Assembly (NCBI GenBank): GCA_951406725.2 | Contig: OX597829.1 | Location: 34,782,001-34,846,000 of the forward strand | From: Octopus vulgaris | Taxonomy: Eukaryota | Length of the DNA: 64,000 nt | Direction: 5' to 3' | Part shown: positions 12,242-25,259 of the stretch, piece after piece | How the letters are laid out: every line of letters begins with the position of its first letter | Position numbering within the stretch: position 1 is the first letter of the stretch | Program-made: the position numbers and the translations under genes | The notes under the pieces: generated by a model | Database searches by the model: none | Seen by the model: the letters and a program-made list of their open reading frames with translations, nothing else | What the model was told of the DNA's origin: nothing

Positions 12242-12552
12242 TCATCATCATCATCATCGTTTAATTTCCGTTTTCTATGCTAGCATGCGTTGGACGGTTC
12301 GACCGGGGTCTGGGAAGCCAGAAGCCTGCACCAGGCTCCAGTCTGATCTGGCAGTGTTTCTACTGCTGGATGCCCTTCCTAATGCCAACCACTCCGTGAG
12401 TGTAGTGTGTGCTTTTTATGTGCCAGGTGAGGCTGGCAACGGCCACGATTGGTTGGTGCTTTTTACGTGCCACCAGCACGGAAGCCAGTCAAGGCGGCGC
12501 TGGCATCGGCCACGTTCGGATGGTGCTTTTTACGTACGTGCCACCGTCACAG
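12242..12552 (-). mobile_element. RTE LINE 3' end fragment
   Basis: Reverse-complement conserved tail. Confidence 0.85.
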
Positions 12553-12759
12553 GTCATATGCAATTATAAATGTTGCTGTTATATTTTCAAAGACAAGTCA
12601 AGGCTTAATTATCTTCTCGCACACATTTTCCTTCCTAAATATGCTCATACTCCCCACACTATCACTGTTGCAATAGTGATGGAGTGGGTGGGGGGAATGA
12701 GCATACTTAGGAAGACAAATGGGTAACGTGACCGAGATAGCCAGTGTGTGCAATAGGAT

Positions 12760-15260
12760 ATCTTTGTTTCTTGCTTTTAAGAAGGCTGAGGTTCTCTTCT
12801 ATCTTACCTTTTTGAAAAATGGATGAGCTCCAATTTCTCCCAGATTAACAGCATGTTGTTTTCCTTCAACCATCAACAAACTGTGCATTGAACAGATTGG
12901 AGTTCTGATCAGTTACTCCCTTGACTTTCAGAGCTTATAGTCTGTAAAGATTTTATTTTACTATGTTTGAGGACATTCCTAATGTCATTTATGTAAGATA
13001 AGCAGCAGTGAGCCAAACAGTACCCTGGGAAACACCACAACTGACTTTTGCTGGTCTTCAGTAAATTCCATCAATCATATGCTAGATTCTGCATAGTCAG
13101 GAAGCATTAAATCCACTGCAGTTACCAAGAACTCAAGTGTTGGATAACTTTTTCATCAGAACATTGTTGTCAACTCTGATAAATGACATTTTTGTTGTAG
13201 CCTACTGCCAGAGCATTTAGAGTGCCATCAAAGTGGTCAAAAGATATTTTAGGTAGTCCCTGCCACTACAAAGATCATGATGGTTAGGATCTAGAAGATG
13301 GTTTTTCTTGAGGAAGGCAGTTATTTTTGGTCTCGCCACTCATGAATACTTCATTGATGTGAGTGGTTAGTGAGATTCTATGGTAATTTACTGCAAGTGA
13401 CTTAATTTCCTTTTTAAAACCTGAGATGACAGACAAGGATAGAAAGTGTCCAGCTACACAATGTCAATTCAGCAATTTCCTCCTAAGATAGTAGCAAGAA
13501 ATGCCAGATGTTGACTGTACTCCATCAAGATAACAACTAAGAATCTGTCTGGTGGAGCCTTGTGTTGAATTCACTTTAATTTTATTAGTTGCTGCTGCAA
13601 TGACATCGGCAGTGCTGAAAGTTATATCAGATCCTGGCTTTATTGTAGATGAGGGCCACTACCTGTTTGCTAATTAACTGATTTGCTGAATGAGCAGTTA
13701 AAGATTTTGGAGGCACTGTAAGAAGTAGGCTAGAGGTGTTTGAGGTGATCTCTATAGCTCAATTATAGATAGGTCATTGGTTTTATTGTATACAGACAAT
13801 AATTAACAACAGCCATTGCATAATGTCCTTTGTGTCTGTGGTAACAGATGCATGGAGGAAAGCAACACATCCTCTTCTATGGCCCATGTGGTCCCCATCA
13901 ATGGTAGTAAGATCCTTAACTTTTGCCTCAGCATCAAAGTGAAAGTAGTTGAAGTGAATCTTAGTTGGGATGAAGAAAAAGATTAGGTTTAGCTGTTTGA
14001 CAGTCCAGCTCCACAATGTATGGAAATTTCTGTTTTTTGTGCAAATGGGCCAATGCCTCAAGCATTTGGCAAGATTGCCATTGCTATGGTAGTTATTTCT
14101 TTGTGTTGTTTCGAGGTTTGTGAATTGTCTTTGTTCATTTAATGACAGCACTGGGGTGTATATTTTGTTTACTGGGATAGCAGTAGAGGCTGATGTGTCA
14201 TACTAAGATTGCTTCTTTGAATTTCTTTTGCTAGATTCAGCATGGCTAAAAATAGGGTTCTCTTGATCAGAGAATTGTTGGTGTCTGAAATCATTGTCTT
14301 TGTGATTGTACTGCTGAATAAGTTTGGTTATGTCAGATATATCACAAATGTTCACTCTGAATAATTACTTGTTTCTTGACTTCTGTGAAGAAGACACCAG
14401 CATTACTCTAGCACGGGATGATGTTATTGTAGTAGTTGGGTTTTGTGCTCTTAGCAGGTTTAGCAAGAATGAATGTTGAAAGGAGGATATGTAGTGAGTC
14501 ATTTTTGTGGGTGCTATAATATTGGCTAATGGTATGTTTCCTCAGTGGCGAGCTGGAAAGGACGGCGAGCTGGCAGAAATGTTAGCAAGCCGGGCGAAAT
14601 GCTTGGCAGTATTTCGTCTGTCATTACGTTCTGAGTTCAAATTCCGCCGAGGTCAACTTTGCCTTTCATCCTTTCGGAGTCAATAAATTAAGTACCAGTT
14701 ATGCACTGGGGTCGATATAATTGACTTAATCTGTTTGTCTATCCTTGTTTGTCTTCCCTGTGTTTAGCCCCTTGTGGGTAATAAACAAATAGGTATGTTT
14801 CCTCAGTGTGCATCCTGTAACTGGGAGGTAGATGATGGGGGAAATCATGTCATAGGCATGTTCTCTAATATAGAGAACAGCAGCAGATTTAGGATTCTGC
14901 TATATTCATGTGGGTGGAGTGTGAAGCAGTTGTGTGCTTGTGGATGTTCTTGATTTGAACATTGTTGTTGTGAGGTGGGTATATTACAGGCTGGGAGTGA
15001 TATCATGACTCTTGCACTTGTAAGTGGTGCTGTGTTATTAGCAGGCATATTGTTGGATTGAGATAGTGAAGAAGAGGAAAGATTCTTGCCTATGGAGATA
15101 GTAGTAGCTGCAGTTTCTGATAATGGTGATGGGTATGTAGGTTTGATTGCCATGGGAATGGGTGTTGTTTTTAAGGAATGCGGAGAATGTGTTGTGTCAG
15201 CAGTGGAGGGATGGGCAGCCACAAGATCTCAAAGGTAAAGCTAAATAGAGCCAGACAAAA
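12760..15260 (-). mobile_element. Degraded CR1-like LINE
   Basis: - strand CGVSQGTV (GVPQG motif) near 13015-13040 and NYHRISLTTHI (NYRPISLT motif) near 13355-13390; many stops; boundaries approximate. Confidence 0.65.
14548..14791 (+). mobile_element. tRNA-derived SINE family B with 17-bp TSD
   Basis: TSD GGTATGTTTCCTCAGTG at 14531-14547 and 14792-14808; A box TGGCAGAA, B box GTTCAAATTCC. Confidence 0.92.
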
Positions 15261-15276
15261 ATATTGAATGGAGTTT

Positions 15277-15443
15277 TGAACCTTTAGCATTCACATTACT
15301 TTGTCAAATGTAATACTGATTTATTCACATTGTTTTGAATTAATCTTGCATTATCTCATAGCTTCAAGATTTCAATGATATGGTTATATATTTTTACAAT
15401 GACATTGTTGGGTAGATGTGAAATGTTGTACCTGGGCAGTTTG

Positions 15444-15479
<36 letters not shown>

Positions 15480-15529
15480 TGGCAGAATATTTTGGCTGGA
15501 TATGGTCGGTTTAAATGTTAAATGGTTAA
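15277..15529. mobile_element. piggyBac-like MITE
   Basis: Ends AACCTTTAGCATT / AATGTTAAATGGTTAA; related copy in reverse at 52857-53013. Confidence 0.6.
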
Positions 15530-16336
15530 GTAAACTGGAAGATTTTTGTTGTGATCTGGTTTCAGTTTAGTTTACTAATCAATAATTGACAGGGATGGTA
15601 GGATTCACCAGGTGCAAGAATATTTACTTGTTGGTCAACATTGAAATGTGGGACTTCATATAATAGTCAGTTTATTATTGTATGAGACTATCTACCTTTC
15701 ATTTGCTCTGGAAGGCTGAGAAGGTTCTTTGCCTGGGTGTGTGAAAATAGAAAATGAGGATTCATTTGTGTTTCATTATGGAAAATTTTGAGTTTATAGT
15801 GGGTCTGAAGACTTTATTATACCTTGATATCTATTTTGAGTGGATGCCCTTCATAAAATAAAATACTTTAACCACATGTACTGGGTGCTTTTTTTCAGAG
15901 CACTGAGACTAGTGAGATCATGTAGCTAAGATTCCCTTCAGTTAAATGGAACTGTGGTAGAGGGGGAGGCAGATTTATGCTAACAGATGAGAGGTTCAAA
16001 TATGTGAAAAAGGTGCCCACAACAAAACAGGTTTCTTATTACTTACTGTAGAGGAGCTACATAGCTAAGAGAAGGTAGGAGTGACCAAGTACAAGGTAAA
16101 GGGACAAGAGAACAGAGAGTGTCAGTGGGTAGAGTTTACATGAATATATGGGAGTGTGTGAAATGGGGAATGGTTGAGGGGTTGACTATTGTAAATACTG
16201 CAGTGAGAAAGATGATGGGTGAGGAGATTTCCCAACACATGGTTTTGCATGGCACCTTGGGCAAATATTTTCTACTGTAGATCAGGACTGACCAAAAGCC
16301 TTATGATTGGATTTGGTAGACAGAACTGAAAGAAGT

Positions 16337-16374
<38 letters not shown>

Positions 16375-16661
16375 TGTGTAACTTTGTCTTAACATCATGT
16401 GATGGTTGCAAATGAGCATCACTCATACAAGTGACATTGTTTGTTTCCTTTCATCCATGAAAGATAATATCATACTTGGAAACATATGAGAAATGGTGAG
16501 AGGAAGGGCATCAGAAAAATAAGGTGGCCACATCTTCTAGAGACAGAGATTAATTTAATAAACGGTAACACAGGTGTCCCAAGGTGAGCTCAGCATGAAC
16601 GGAAACCACACATCGAGGAAGAATTTATGCTGTATTTAATATGCCTGTATTTGTGTAATAC

Positions 16662-16900
16662 CAAAGGTGGGCACTGTTAATCGAAAAGTTAACTTCATTA
16701 ACCATTAATCAGTTATTTCTTAATGTAATGAAAGTTATCGATAAACCATTAACTTTAATTTTTATTACAGAAAAAAAATCAGTTTTTGCTCTAAAAACAC
16801 CTTTAAAAAGTGCCAAGACTATAAAACCCATTAACTTAAAAGTTAAATCATTTAATGAAAATGTTAACTTTGTTGATTAACAGTTTGGTGTCCAGGTTTG
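16662..16900. mobile_element. hAT-like MITE with 8-bp TSD
   Basis: TGTAATAC at 16654-16661 and 16901-16908; imperfect TIRs CAAAGGTGGGCACTGTTAATCGAAAAGTTAAC / CAAACCTGGACACCAAACTGTTAATCAACAAAGTTAAC. Confidence 0.75.
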
Positions 16901-18266
16901 TGTAATACACACACACACACTCATGAGATGAGGGTTATACTGAAGTGAATGCAGATGGCATTCATTTCTATCAGCTCACATAGGCTATACAAATTACACA
17001 CATTAGAAAAACTCTTACTCTGTACTAAAGTTTTGTTTAACATTTGTCACTATTACAAGCAATGTATTTATGCCATCATTGAACCCAACCCTTACACCAC
17101 CTTTGAAAAAATTTAGATTTTTTACTGTTGTACCCACTTCTTTGGAACCACTTTCACCTCATCTGTGTTCTGAAATCATTGACCCTGAAGACTGTCCTTT
17201 AAACCAAACCAGTGGGAGTTGGAGTGCACCAGATCCTGGCTTTATTGTAGATGAGGGCCACTACCTGTTTGCTAATTAACTGATTTGTTGCCAAAGATAT
17301 ATGTGATCATGCATTGTCTTTATGAATATGGATAATTTTTTTTCATTGTTGTTCAGCCTCTTCTACTTAATAGTTTCACTAAATTTTTTTAGTGTCACAG
17401 TATACTGCTTGCTGTACATGATACCCATTTCTTAGAAAATTAATGAAACTGACACCCTTGTTATCTCCCCAAATAGTCACCATGACTTTCTGTGTTAATC
17501 ACTACCTTTTGAATCTCTTAGGCCTTGGAGAAGAGATATGATACCATTTCAGGGACTGAACTTTCATTTATGGATTGTATACACCCATATACGACTTGTA
17601 CTGGGTATCCTCAAGTGCAACTCTTCTGAGGGTGCATAAGGACATTCATCATATGTGATGTCCTTCCAAATGCCAACCCCTTTACAATCTGTACTTGGTA
17701 CAATTTATGATGGTGCCTACACTGAGAGTTTAACATGTCAGTGACAAATCTAAAAGGTTCTCTTTGACCACATGCTGTTTCTACTCATTTGTCAGCCACT
17801 TTACAGAATATACTTGGTGGATTTTATCCTGCCACCTGTTGATTTTTCCAAGTTCAAATCCTACCCTGAAAATTTCTTTCACTTTTTTTCATATTATCAA
17901 ATTTCTTAAATACTGAAAATCAAATATTAATCTTTTTGTTTTTGCTTTCCTGGGTTCAAATCCAGCTTTAACTAACCTACACATCTCTTGATTTTCCTTT
18001 TGTATAAACTTAAACATCTCTGATTTTAAATCTTATTGTGAGAGGAACAGATTGTTCATTTTTAGTCTTTTTTTTTTCCTCAATGGGGTGTTTTCATTAT
18101 ACTTGCAGTATTATTAAATAGTTGTCAACTTTACTTGTCATCTTTCATGATAAAGAAATATTTTCTAGTTAAGTACTTATTAGATGGATGCAATTACTCT
18201 CCTTACCAAAAAAAAAAAAAAAAAGAATTGTGGTTTTGCAGCTGCATTAGAAATTATTATTCATAA

Positions 18267-18480
18267 GGTGGTGAGCTGGAAGAATAGTTAGCGCACTGGG
18301 AAAAATGCTTAGTGGCATTTTTTACATCTTTTATGTTCTGAGTTCAAATTACACCAAGGTTGACTTTGCCTTTCATCCTTTTGGGGTCAATAAAATAAGT
18401 ACCAATTAATCACTGGGGTTGATGCAATTGAATTATACCCTCCTCTAAAATTGCTGGCCTTGTGACAAAATGTGAAACCA
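18267..18480 (+). mobile_element. Older SINE related to family B
   Basis: GGTGAGCTGGAAGAA head; GACTTTGCCTTTCATCCTTTTGGGGTCAATAAAATAAGTACCA core. Confidence 0.8.
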
Positions 18481-18844
18481 ATATTATTGCTATCAATATT
18501 ACAATAATTATCATAGTTATTTTTGTTTTAATTTTTTCAGATTTCAAAAAAATTCAGTGATACCAAGGTGACAGAGAACAGCAGTTTTGAGGCATATACT
18601 CATACACAAATACACACACAGCCTGCATACACACTCCTATATATATATATATGTATATATAGCCAGTAACACTCCAGAGTACACACACATATATACACTT
18701 ATTCACAGACGCTCATACACACACACACATACACACACACACATAAATGTATGTGTGTAGACACACACACCCTCAGATATAAACATAAAGACACACAAAC
18801 AATCTTTCACAGCTGCTATTCATCACTACAGTGGGGAAGACACC

Positions 18845-19004
18845 ATGACAGAAGTTGCTGGAGTCACAGAGGCCATGGCAACAACACTGAGGGTAAATGA
18901 AAATGAAAGTGAGCTCTCAGATGCTTCACTTGATGAGGACTGTGTTGCTAAGTGGGGTTTCAGGCTTGCTGAGTTGTATCGGCTTGCACTTTTGTTCTTT
19001 AAAG
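18845..19004 (+). CDS. ACBD3: ACBD3/GCP60 coding exon 1 (exon probably starts at 18541 after TTTTTTCAG)
   Basis: CACCATG start; KWGFRLAELYRLALLFFK matches the start of the ACBD3 ACB domain; donor G|GTATGT, phase 1. Confidence 0.9.
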
Positions 19005-19239
19005 GTATGTTGGTGTTTCTTCTGTTTATGTGTTTGTGTGTGTGTGAAAGAGAGAGATTGAGAAAGTTTGTATCTATCTATATATATATAGTTTATAGAT
19101 CCAGTAGAAGTAGAAAAATGTACTCCATCTAGTGAGAGATAAATATCAATTTCATGAATAACTGAAAGAGCTACTAATAGTAACTCTTGTATCATAAAAG
19201 CATGAAACTATTACTAGCTCTTTTAGTCGAGTATTAAAT

Positions 19240-19395
19240 TGGAGTGGCTGTGTGGTAAGAAGCTTGCTTCTCAACCACATGGTTCTGGGTCCTGTCCCAC
19301 TGCGTGGCACCTTAGGCAAGAGTCATCTAATATATAGACTTGGGCTAACCAAAGCCTTGTGAATGGATTGGGAAACTGAAAGAAGCCTGTCATGT
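19240..19395 (+). mobile_element. SINE family A, 5' portion
   Basis: GGAGTGGCTGTGTGGTAAG head. Confidence 0.8.
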
Positions 19396-19406
19396 ATATA
19401 TATATA

Positions 19407-19448
<42 letters not shown>

Positions 19449-19452
<4 letters not shown>

Positions 19453-20620
19453 GTTGAGTTAAAAAGTAAGCAATGTTTTGAAAAATGATGAATTTGTATT
19501 GGATTTTTGCAGAGTTTTGAATTTTTTTAAGCATTTTTTTTACAGTTGTCTGATAATACAATAGACTTGCCCAAATGCCTCAATAAATTAACATTGATAT
19601 GTTTTTTACTGTTTTTATAATCATCTGAAATGGAACTGTCAATATTTGATATTCAAGTAATTTTGCTATTCAACTTCCAAAAAATGGACGTAAAACAGCT
19701 GAAAATGCTCGCAATATCACCAAAACATTTGGTGAGGAAATGACCAGTGAGTGGTCAGTTTCAAATGGTTTAAATGATTTCACAGTGGAGACTTGAGCCT
19801 TGAAGATTGTGTGTAGTGGATACACATCTGTTATTGATGACAGTCAGTTAAAGACTGTCATTGAGAAAGATCGACATAAAACCACTCGAGAACTGGCGAA
19901 GGAACTTCAAGTTAGCCAGAAAACTGCCTGCAACCATTTGCATGCAATCAGAAAATGCACAGATATGAAAACAGACCAATCCATTTCTCGACTGTATTGT
20001 AACTTGCAATGAAAAGTGGATTCTGTACAATAATAAACGTTCTTCACAGTGGTTGGAACAAAATGAAGCATTGAAAATCTTCCCTAAACACGAGCTCTTC
20101 AAAAAGGTTATGGTGACTGTTTGGTGACTACTGCTGGACTCATCCACTTAACTTCTTATAACCCTACAAAAACATTACTGTAGAAATATATTGCTAAGAA
20201 ATTGCCAAAATGAAAGAAAAACTGCTACTCCTCCATCCCAGACTGGTCAACAGAAGAGGGCCAATCATCCTTTATGACAATGCTTGACCACGCATTTCAC
20301 TAATGATGCTCGAGAAGTTGAGGGAACTTGGCTAGGAATTTCTTCCCAACCCAGCTTATTCCCCAGACCTTTCTCCTACCTACTACCACTTTTTCAAGCA
20401 CCTTCATGGTTTCCTCCAAGAGGAGTTAAAAAATCAAACCCATGCTGAAAGTGTGTTCAAAGAGTTCATCAGCTTCAGAACTCCAGATTTTTATGTTACC
20501 AGAATAAACAAACTTGTAACTCGTTGGCAAAAATGTGTTGATTGCAATGGTACTTTGATGAGAATAAAATTTCCACATTGTTGAAATATATTGTGATGAA
20601 TTTCATGTTTCAAAATGTTG
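19449..20620 (+). mobile_element. Degraded mariner transposon
   Basis: IVTCNEKWILYNN, KKVMVTVW, PAYSPDLSPTYYHFF and VTRWQKCVDCNG remnants. Confidence 0.85.
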
Positions 20621-20624
20621 CTTT

Positions 20625-21630
20625 GAAGACAAAGATGCCTTAGAAAAAATAGATTATAGAGGAATTAAACTGCTGGATCAGGTTGTGAAGGTTTGGAGAA
20701 AGCTGCAAGATAATTGATCCATAAAGGAGATGCAGTTTGCTTCATATCCAGAAGAGGTACCACTGATGCACTCTTCTTAAGCAATTGCAGAAGAAATTCT
20801 TGGCTAAGAGTAAACAACTATTCTTGGCATTTGTTGAGTTGGAAAAAGCATTTTGTCAGTGTAAAATGTTTATTAATTTGGTGGTCAGTAAAGAAACTTG
20901 GTCTGGATGAATGTCTGGATGTACAAAGGTGCAATAAGTAAAGGTGAGAATCGACAAAGATTTCAGCAATGAATTAAGCATGACAGTAGGAATCTATCAA
21001 GGCTCAAATCTCAGTCCTCACCATTATAATCTTACAAGTTGTCGCAGAGGTGTTTAAGTCTAATTGTGTTCATTAGGAAATAATCTATGCTAAGTTGACA
21101 ATCTGGTTCACATAACTGAATCTATTGAGGTAAAATTCCAAACATGGAAGCTAAATCTGGAATCAAAAATCCTTAAAGTATACTTAAGAAAGACTAAGGT
21201 TTTAGTAAGTAGGGAAGCAGACAGATCCTGGTATTGTCAAGGAAACATCTCTGCTCAATGTGCAAGAAAGGAGTAGGTATAAGCTCTTTATGCTGTACTG
21301 AATGTAATTATGGACACATAAGAGAATGTTAGCTTCATATGTAATATAGCACTACATACTATGAGCATACCAGAAATAAATTCTGTTAAATGCTTGGATG
21401 GCTTACTAGTAGTAGTTATCTAGAAGATATAATTAGCCATTGGGAGGTGATTTCTCTGAAGGTATAGTAGCCAGGGTAAGAATGGTTTGGAAAAAGTTCA
21501 AGGTGCTATTGTTGCTGCTGGCATCAATGGTTTTTTTTTTCCTCCCTTCAGATCAATGGACAGATTATGTGACACTTATGTTAAAATTGATGCAGCATGA
21601 TAGTGCTTCTTTTTTGGGATATATGATACA
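20625..21630 (+). mobile_element. Degraded RTE LINE RT fragment
   Basis: YRGIKLLDQV, RGTTDALF, IWWSVKKLGLDE and ARVRMVWKKF parallel the 33155 element. Confidence 0.8.
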
Positions 21631-21641
21631 TTGACAATATG

Positions 21642-22925
21642 TTGGGTTGGCAAGAAAGTAATTTTGGTTTTTTAGTGTGAAATAAGTCATTTATTTTTTC
21701 ATACAAAAAATGAACTTTAATCACTTATATATTTTCCATTTTGTTTGATGACCTTTTACCATCTTTCTGACAACTTCATGATACTGCGCTCATAGAACTT
21801 CTGGTCTTTATCAACCTAAAACTGAAGCAAGCGTGATTTCAAGTAATCATCATTATTGAAAGTTTTATTATTAAAAGAATTTTGCAAACTTCAAAATAAA
21901 TGGTAATCTGATGGTGCAAGGTCAGGACTATATGGTAGATGTGACATCACTTCCCAACCAAGTTCCAATAATATCAAAGATGTGTGTGGTCTAGCTTTGT
22001 CATGGTGGAACACGATTCCATTTTGATTTGCCAATTCTGGCCTTTTTTGTTTGATTGCTTCCTCCAGTTTCATTAGTTGTTGACAGTAAACATCTGAATT
22101 GATTGTTTGGTTCCTTGGAAGCAACTTAAAATACGCAATACCTTAGTAATCTCACTTAATTGACAGCATAACTGTTTTTTTATGCAATTCAGCTTTTGAT
22201 GTGGTTTGTGCTGTTTTATTATGTTTGGACCATGATCATTTTCGACTGATGTTATTGTAGACAATCCATTTTTCATCACCAGTGATGATTCATTTAAAAA
22301 AAAGGTCGATTTCATTGCTTTTGAAATGCATATCGCAAATATTTATTCATTGTGTTAAGTGAATCTCTTTCAATTTTTGTGGAACCCAAATATCGAGCTT
22401 TTTAATGAGTCCAAGACATTTTAAGTGATTTCCAATTGTTGTGTGTGATACAGTTAACTTCTCTGCGATCTCTCGCACAGTTATATGACAATCAGATTCA
22501 ATTATGGCTTTGCTTTTGTCATCATCAATTTCAGTATGTCAAAGAGGACGTTGGCCATCTTTGAGTGAAAAATCTCCAGAATGGAATTTTTAAAGCCGTT
22601 TCTGATGTGTGTTCTGTTAAGAAATCAATACCATAAGCTTCACATATCTCTTAGTGAGCCTCAGCAGCTCTCTTGCCTTTACAGAAAAAAAAAAAAAGAA
22701 AGTAAAATATGGTGACTGTTCGCTTTTGCATTCCATGTTAAAATTGACACTAACCTAACAGCTATAAATAAAATTACTTGCAATTTGTTTCCAAAGTAAT
22801 CTAAAAGTACTGGCTGTCAAATGTCAAAAGGAAAAAAAAAAAATCATAACCTCGACAAAAGTCCTTCAAAAAAATCATAACTCTATCTATTTGCGGAAAA
22901 CGAAATTACTTGCTTGCCAACTCAA
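21642..22925 (-). mobile_element. Mariner transposon, full span, defective (mellifera-like TIR)
   Basis: TIRs TTGGGTTGGCAAGAAAGTAATTTTG / TTGAGTTGGCAAGCAAGTAATTTCG; VFHHDKARPHTS and YSPDLAPSDYHLF. Confidence 0.92.
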
Positions 22926-22943
22926 TATGTGTATATATAATCA

Positions 22944-23114
22944 TGCTGGTGCCATGTAAAACACACCCAGTACACTCTGCAAAGTGGTTGGTGTTAGGAA
23001 GGGCATCCAGCTGTAGAAACCATGCCAAAACAGACAATTGGAACCTGGGAAGCTCTCTGGCTGGCCACCTCCTATTAAATTGCCAGCATGGAAAATAGAC
23101 ATTAAATGATGATT
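22944..23114 (+). mobile_element. Older RTE 3' tail fragment
   Basis: GGTTGGTGTTAGGAAGGGCATCCAGCTGTAGAAAC...ATTAAATGATGAT. Confidence 0.75.
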
Positions 23115-23594
23115 ATATATAGTGAAAAGTGGTTAGAAATTTATGTACAAATTGTGTTTTATCACTAAGAAATGGGTGAAAATGCACAATAACATTAAGA
23201 AAATTATTGTAATAAATTTGAACAACTTAAAGGGAGAAAACCAAATATAATATTTCATTTAAATATATTAGATCTCAACTGGTTTCATCCATTCTGGTTG
23301 TGGATTTATCAAATGAAAATAGTTATAGTGACTGAAATATAAATGGTTGAGATTCTTGTAGTTGGACAGAGAACTTAGGTGTCAGGTTCCAAGATAAAGA
23401 ATGAAAGGATATGGTGTGTGCATACAAACACACACACACACATAGTGTGAATGAGTGATTATCTATTTTTGCCTGTATATTTCTGTCTGTCTGTATGTTC
23501 CATCTTTTCATCCATACACCTATCCATCCCTCTCTTCTATCCTCTGCCTCCAACTATATATGTATTTCTCATCAGGAATCCTATTTCTCTTCAG

Positions 23595-23736
23595 ATAAAC
23601 AAGGCAAAGCTGTGCATCTCACTTACAAGGACAAACTCAAATTAGTTGCTTATACAAAACAAGCAGCACATGGGCGATGTATAACCGAAGCCTTCCCTGA
23701 TGTTGGATTTTTGGATGTTGTCGGGAGTGATCGAAG
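23595..23736 (+). CDS. ACBD3: ACBD3 coding exon 2 (ACB domain)
   Basis: CAG acceptor; DKQGKAVHLTYKDKLKLVAYTKQAAHG..PDVGFLDVVGSDRR; donor AG|GTGAGT; phases 1 and 2. Confidence 0.95.
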
Positions 23737-24234
23737 GTGAGTATTGATCAAAATATGGATGTATGTGTGTAATGTCTAAAGCAATTAAATTTTTTTATTT
23801 CTCTTTCCTGCTCCCTCTCTTGTCTAGTTTCTGTCTGCTTCTTCCTGTCTACATATGCATTCTACATTTTTTTATATTTCACTATCTAACCAATTGTTCA
23901 ATGACAATGTAAAACATTGCTGTTATATATTTATGAATTTTCATGTATAGATGTGTGCATGTATCTGTGTCTGTTTGTCTCTCACACACATGGGATGTAT
24001 GTGTATTTAGTATATAATGTATGTACATACATGCAATTCAATACCTATATGTGTGTAATACATTTATATGGCAAGTTGAATAAGAATACATTTACTAAAA
24101 ATCATTCATATTTTGTCAATCACATCTCAATATTTAAGATATCTCTCACTCTTTTTGAAAAGTCAAAGACAAATAAATTGAGGTTAAATTGTTTATTGAA
24201 AATATGATTAACTTGTATTTTTATATACGTATGC

Positions 24235-24273
<39 letters not shown>

Positions 24274-24371
24274 CATACATATATATATCGTCATCATCAT
24301 TTAACGTATGTTTTTTTGTGCTGGCATGTTTTCCACAGTTTTATATGTGTGTGTGTATATATATGTATGTA

Positions 24372-24510
24372 TCATCATCATCATCAAACGTTCATGTTCC
24401 ATGCTAGCATGGGTGGGATGGTACCACAAGAGCCAGCCAGGCCAGCCTGCACCAAACTTCTGAGACTGTTTTGGTAGGATTTTTACAGCTGGATGTCTTT
24501 CATAACACAT
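24372..24510 (-). mobile_element. Older RTE 3' tail fragment
   Basis: (CAT)n then CCATGCTAGCATGGG...TACAGCTGGATG. Confidence 0.7.
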
Positions 24511-24591
24511 ACCACACAACAGATAATAACTATACATATACACCTTCTATATATATATATATATATAATGATTCCATCTCTTTTCTATCAG

Positions 24592-24732
24592 ACAGGCTTG
24601 GCGTGCTCTTGGTGACATGCCACAGACACAAGCAATGGCTGAATTTGTGACAACACTTGATAGCCTCTGTCCCCTGCTCCGGCCATTTGTCCAAGCTCAC
24701 CGAACCGAGAGGGACGACAAGCTACGGAAAGA
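24592..24732 (+). CDS. ACBD3: ACBD3 coding exon 3 (end of ACB domain); not in the ORF track
   Basis: TCAG acceptor; QAWRALGDMPQTQAMAEFVTTLDSLCPLLRPFVQAHRTERDDKLRK; donor GA|GTGAGT; phases 2 and 2. Confidence 0.95.
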
Positions 24733-25222
24733 GTGAGTATGTAATAATGGTAGTTATGTGTTTTTCATGTTTCTTTGGTGCTCATATATTCATACATATA
24801 TATGTTACCCCTCTGCTGTCAACCAAGATCAAGAGTCCATTTTCGATATATATATCTACACACTGTATTGAGTTCCTTGTCAGATAAAGCTTGTAGTGTG
24901 TCATAATATATATTTGAGTATTCTTTACAACTGTTACATTACAGTATATCCCTATGTATTTAAGTATGTAAAGATGTGTGTGTTTATATGTGTTCATATA
25001 TCTAGTATATATAAATCACAGTATGTGTGTGTATAATGAGTAATGCATACATTTCCACAATTCTCAACCAATTTTCACCAAACTTTGCACACACATTACT
25101 TATGTCCTGAGGAGGGTCATGCACTATAACATTTTGCCCAGAGCTCCCATATAAATGGACATAAATGAACATAGTTTATTGTATGGAGGGTCTTCCATAC
25201 TTTTTTAATCTGTCAGTCTGTC

Positions 25223-25259
<37 letters not shown>

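Noticed and set aside
13640-13685. C/D-box snoRNA in the 58-bp duplicate
   Set aside because: C box is poor, length is too short and there is no terminal stem
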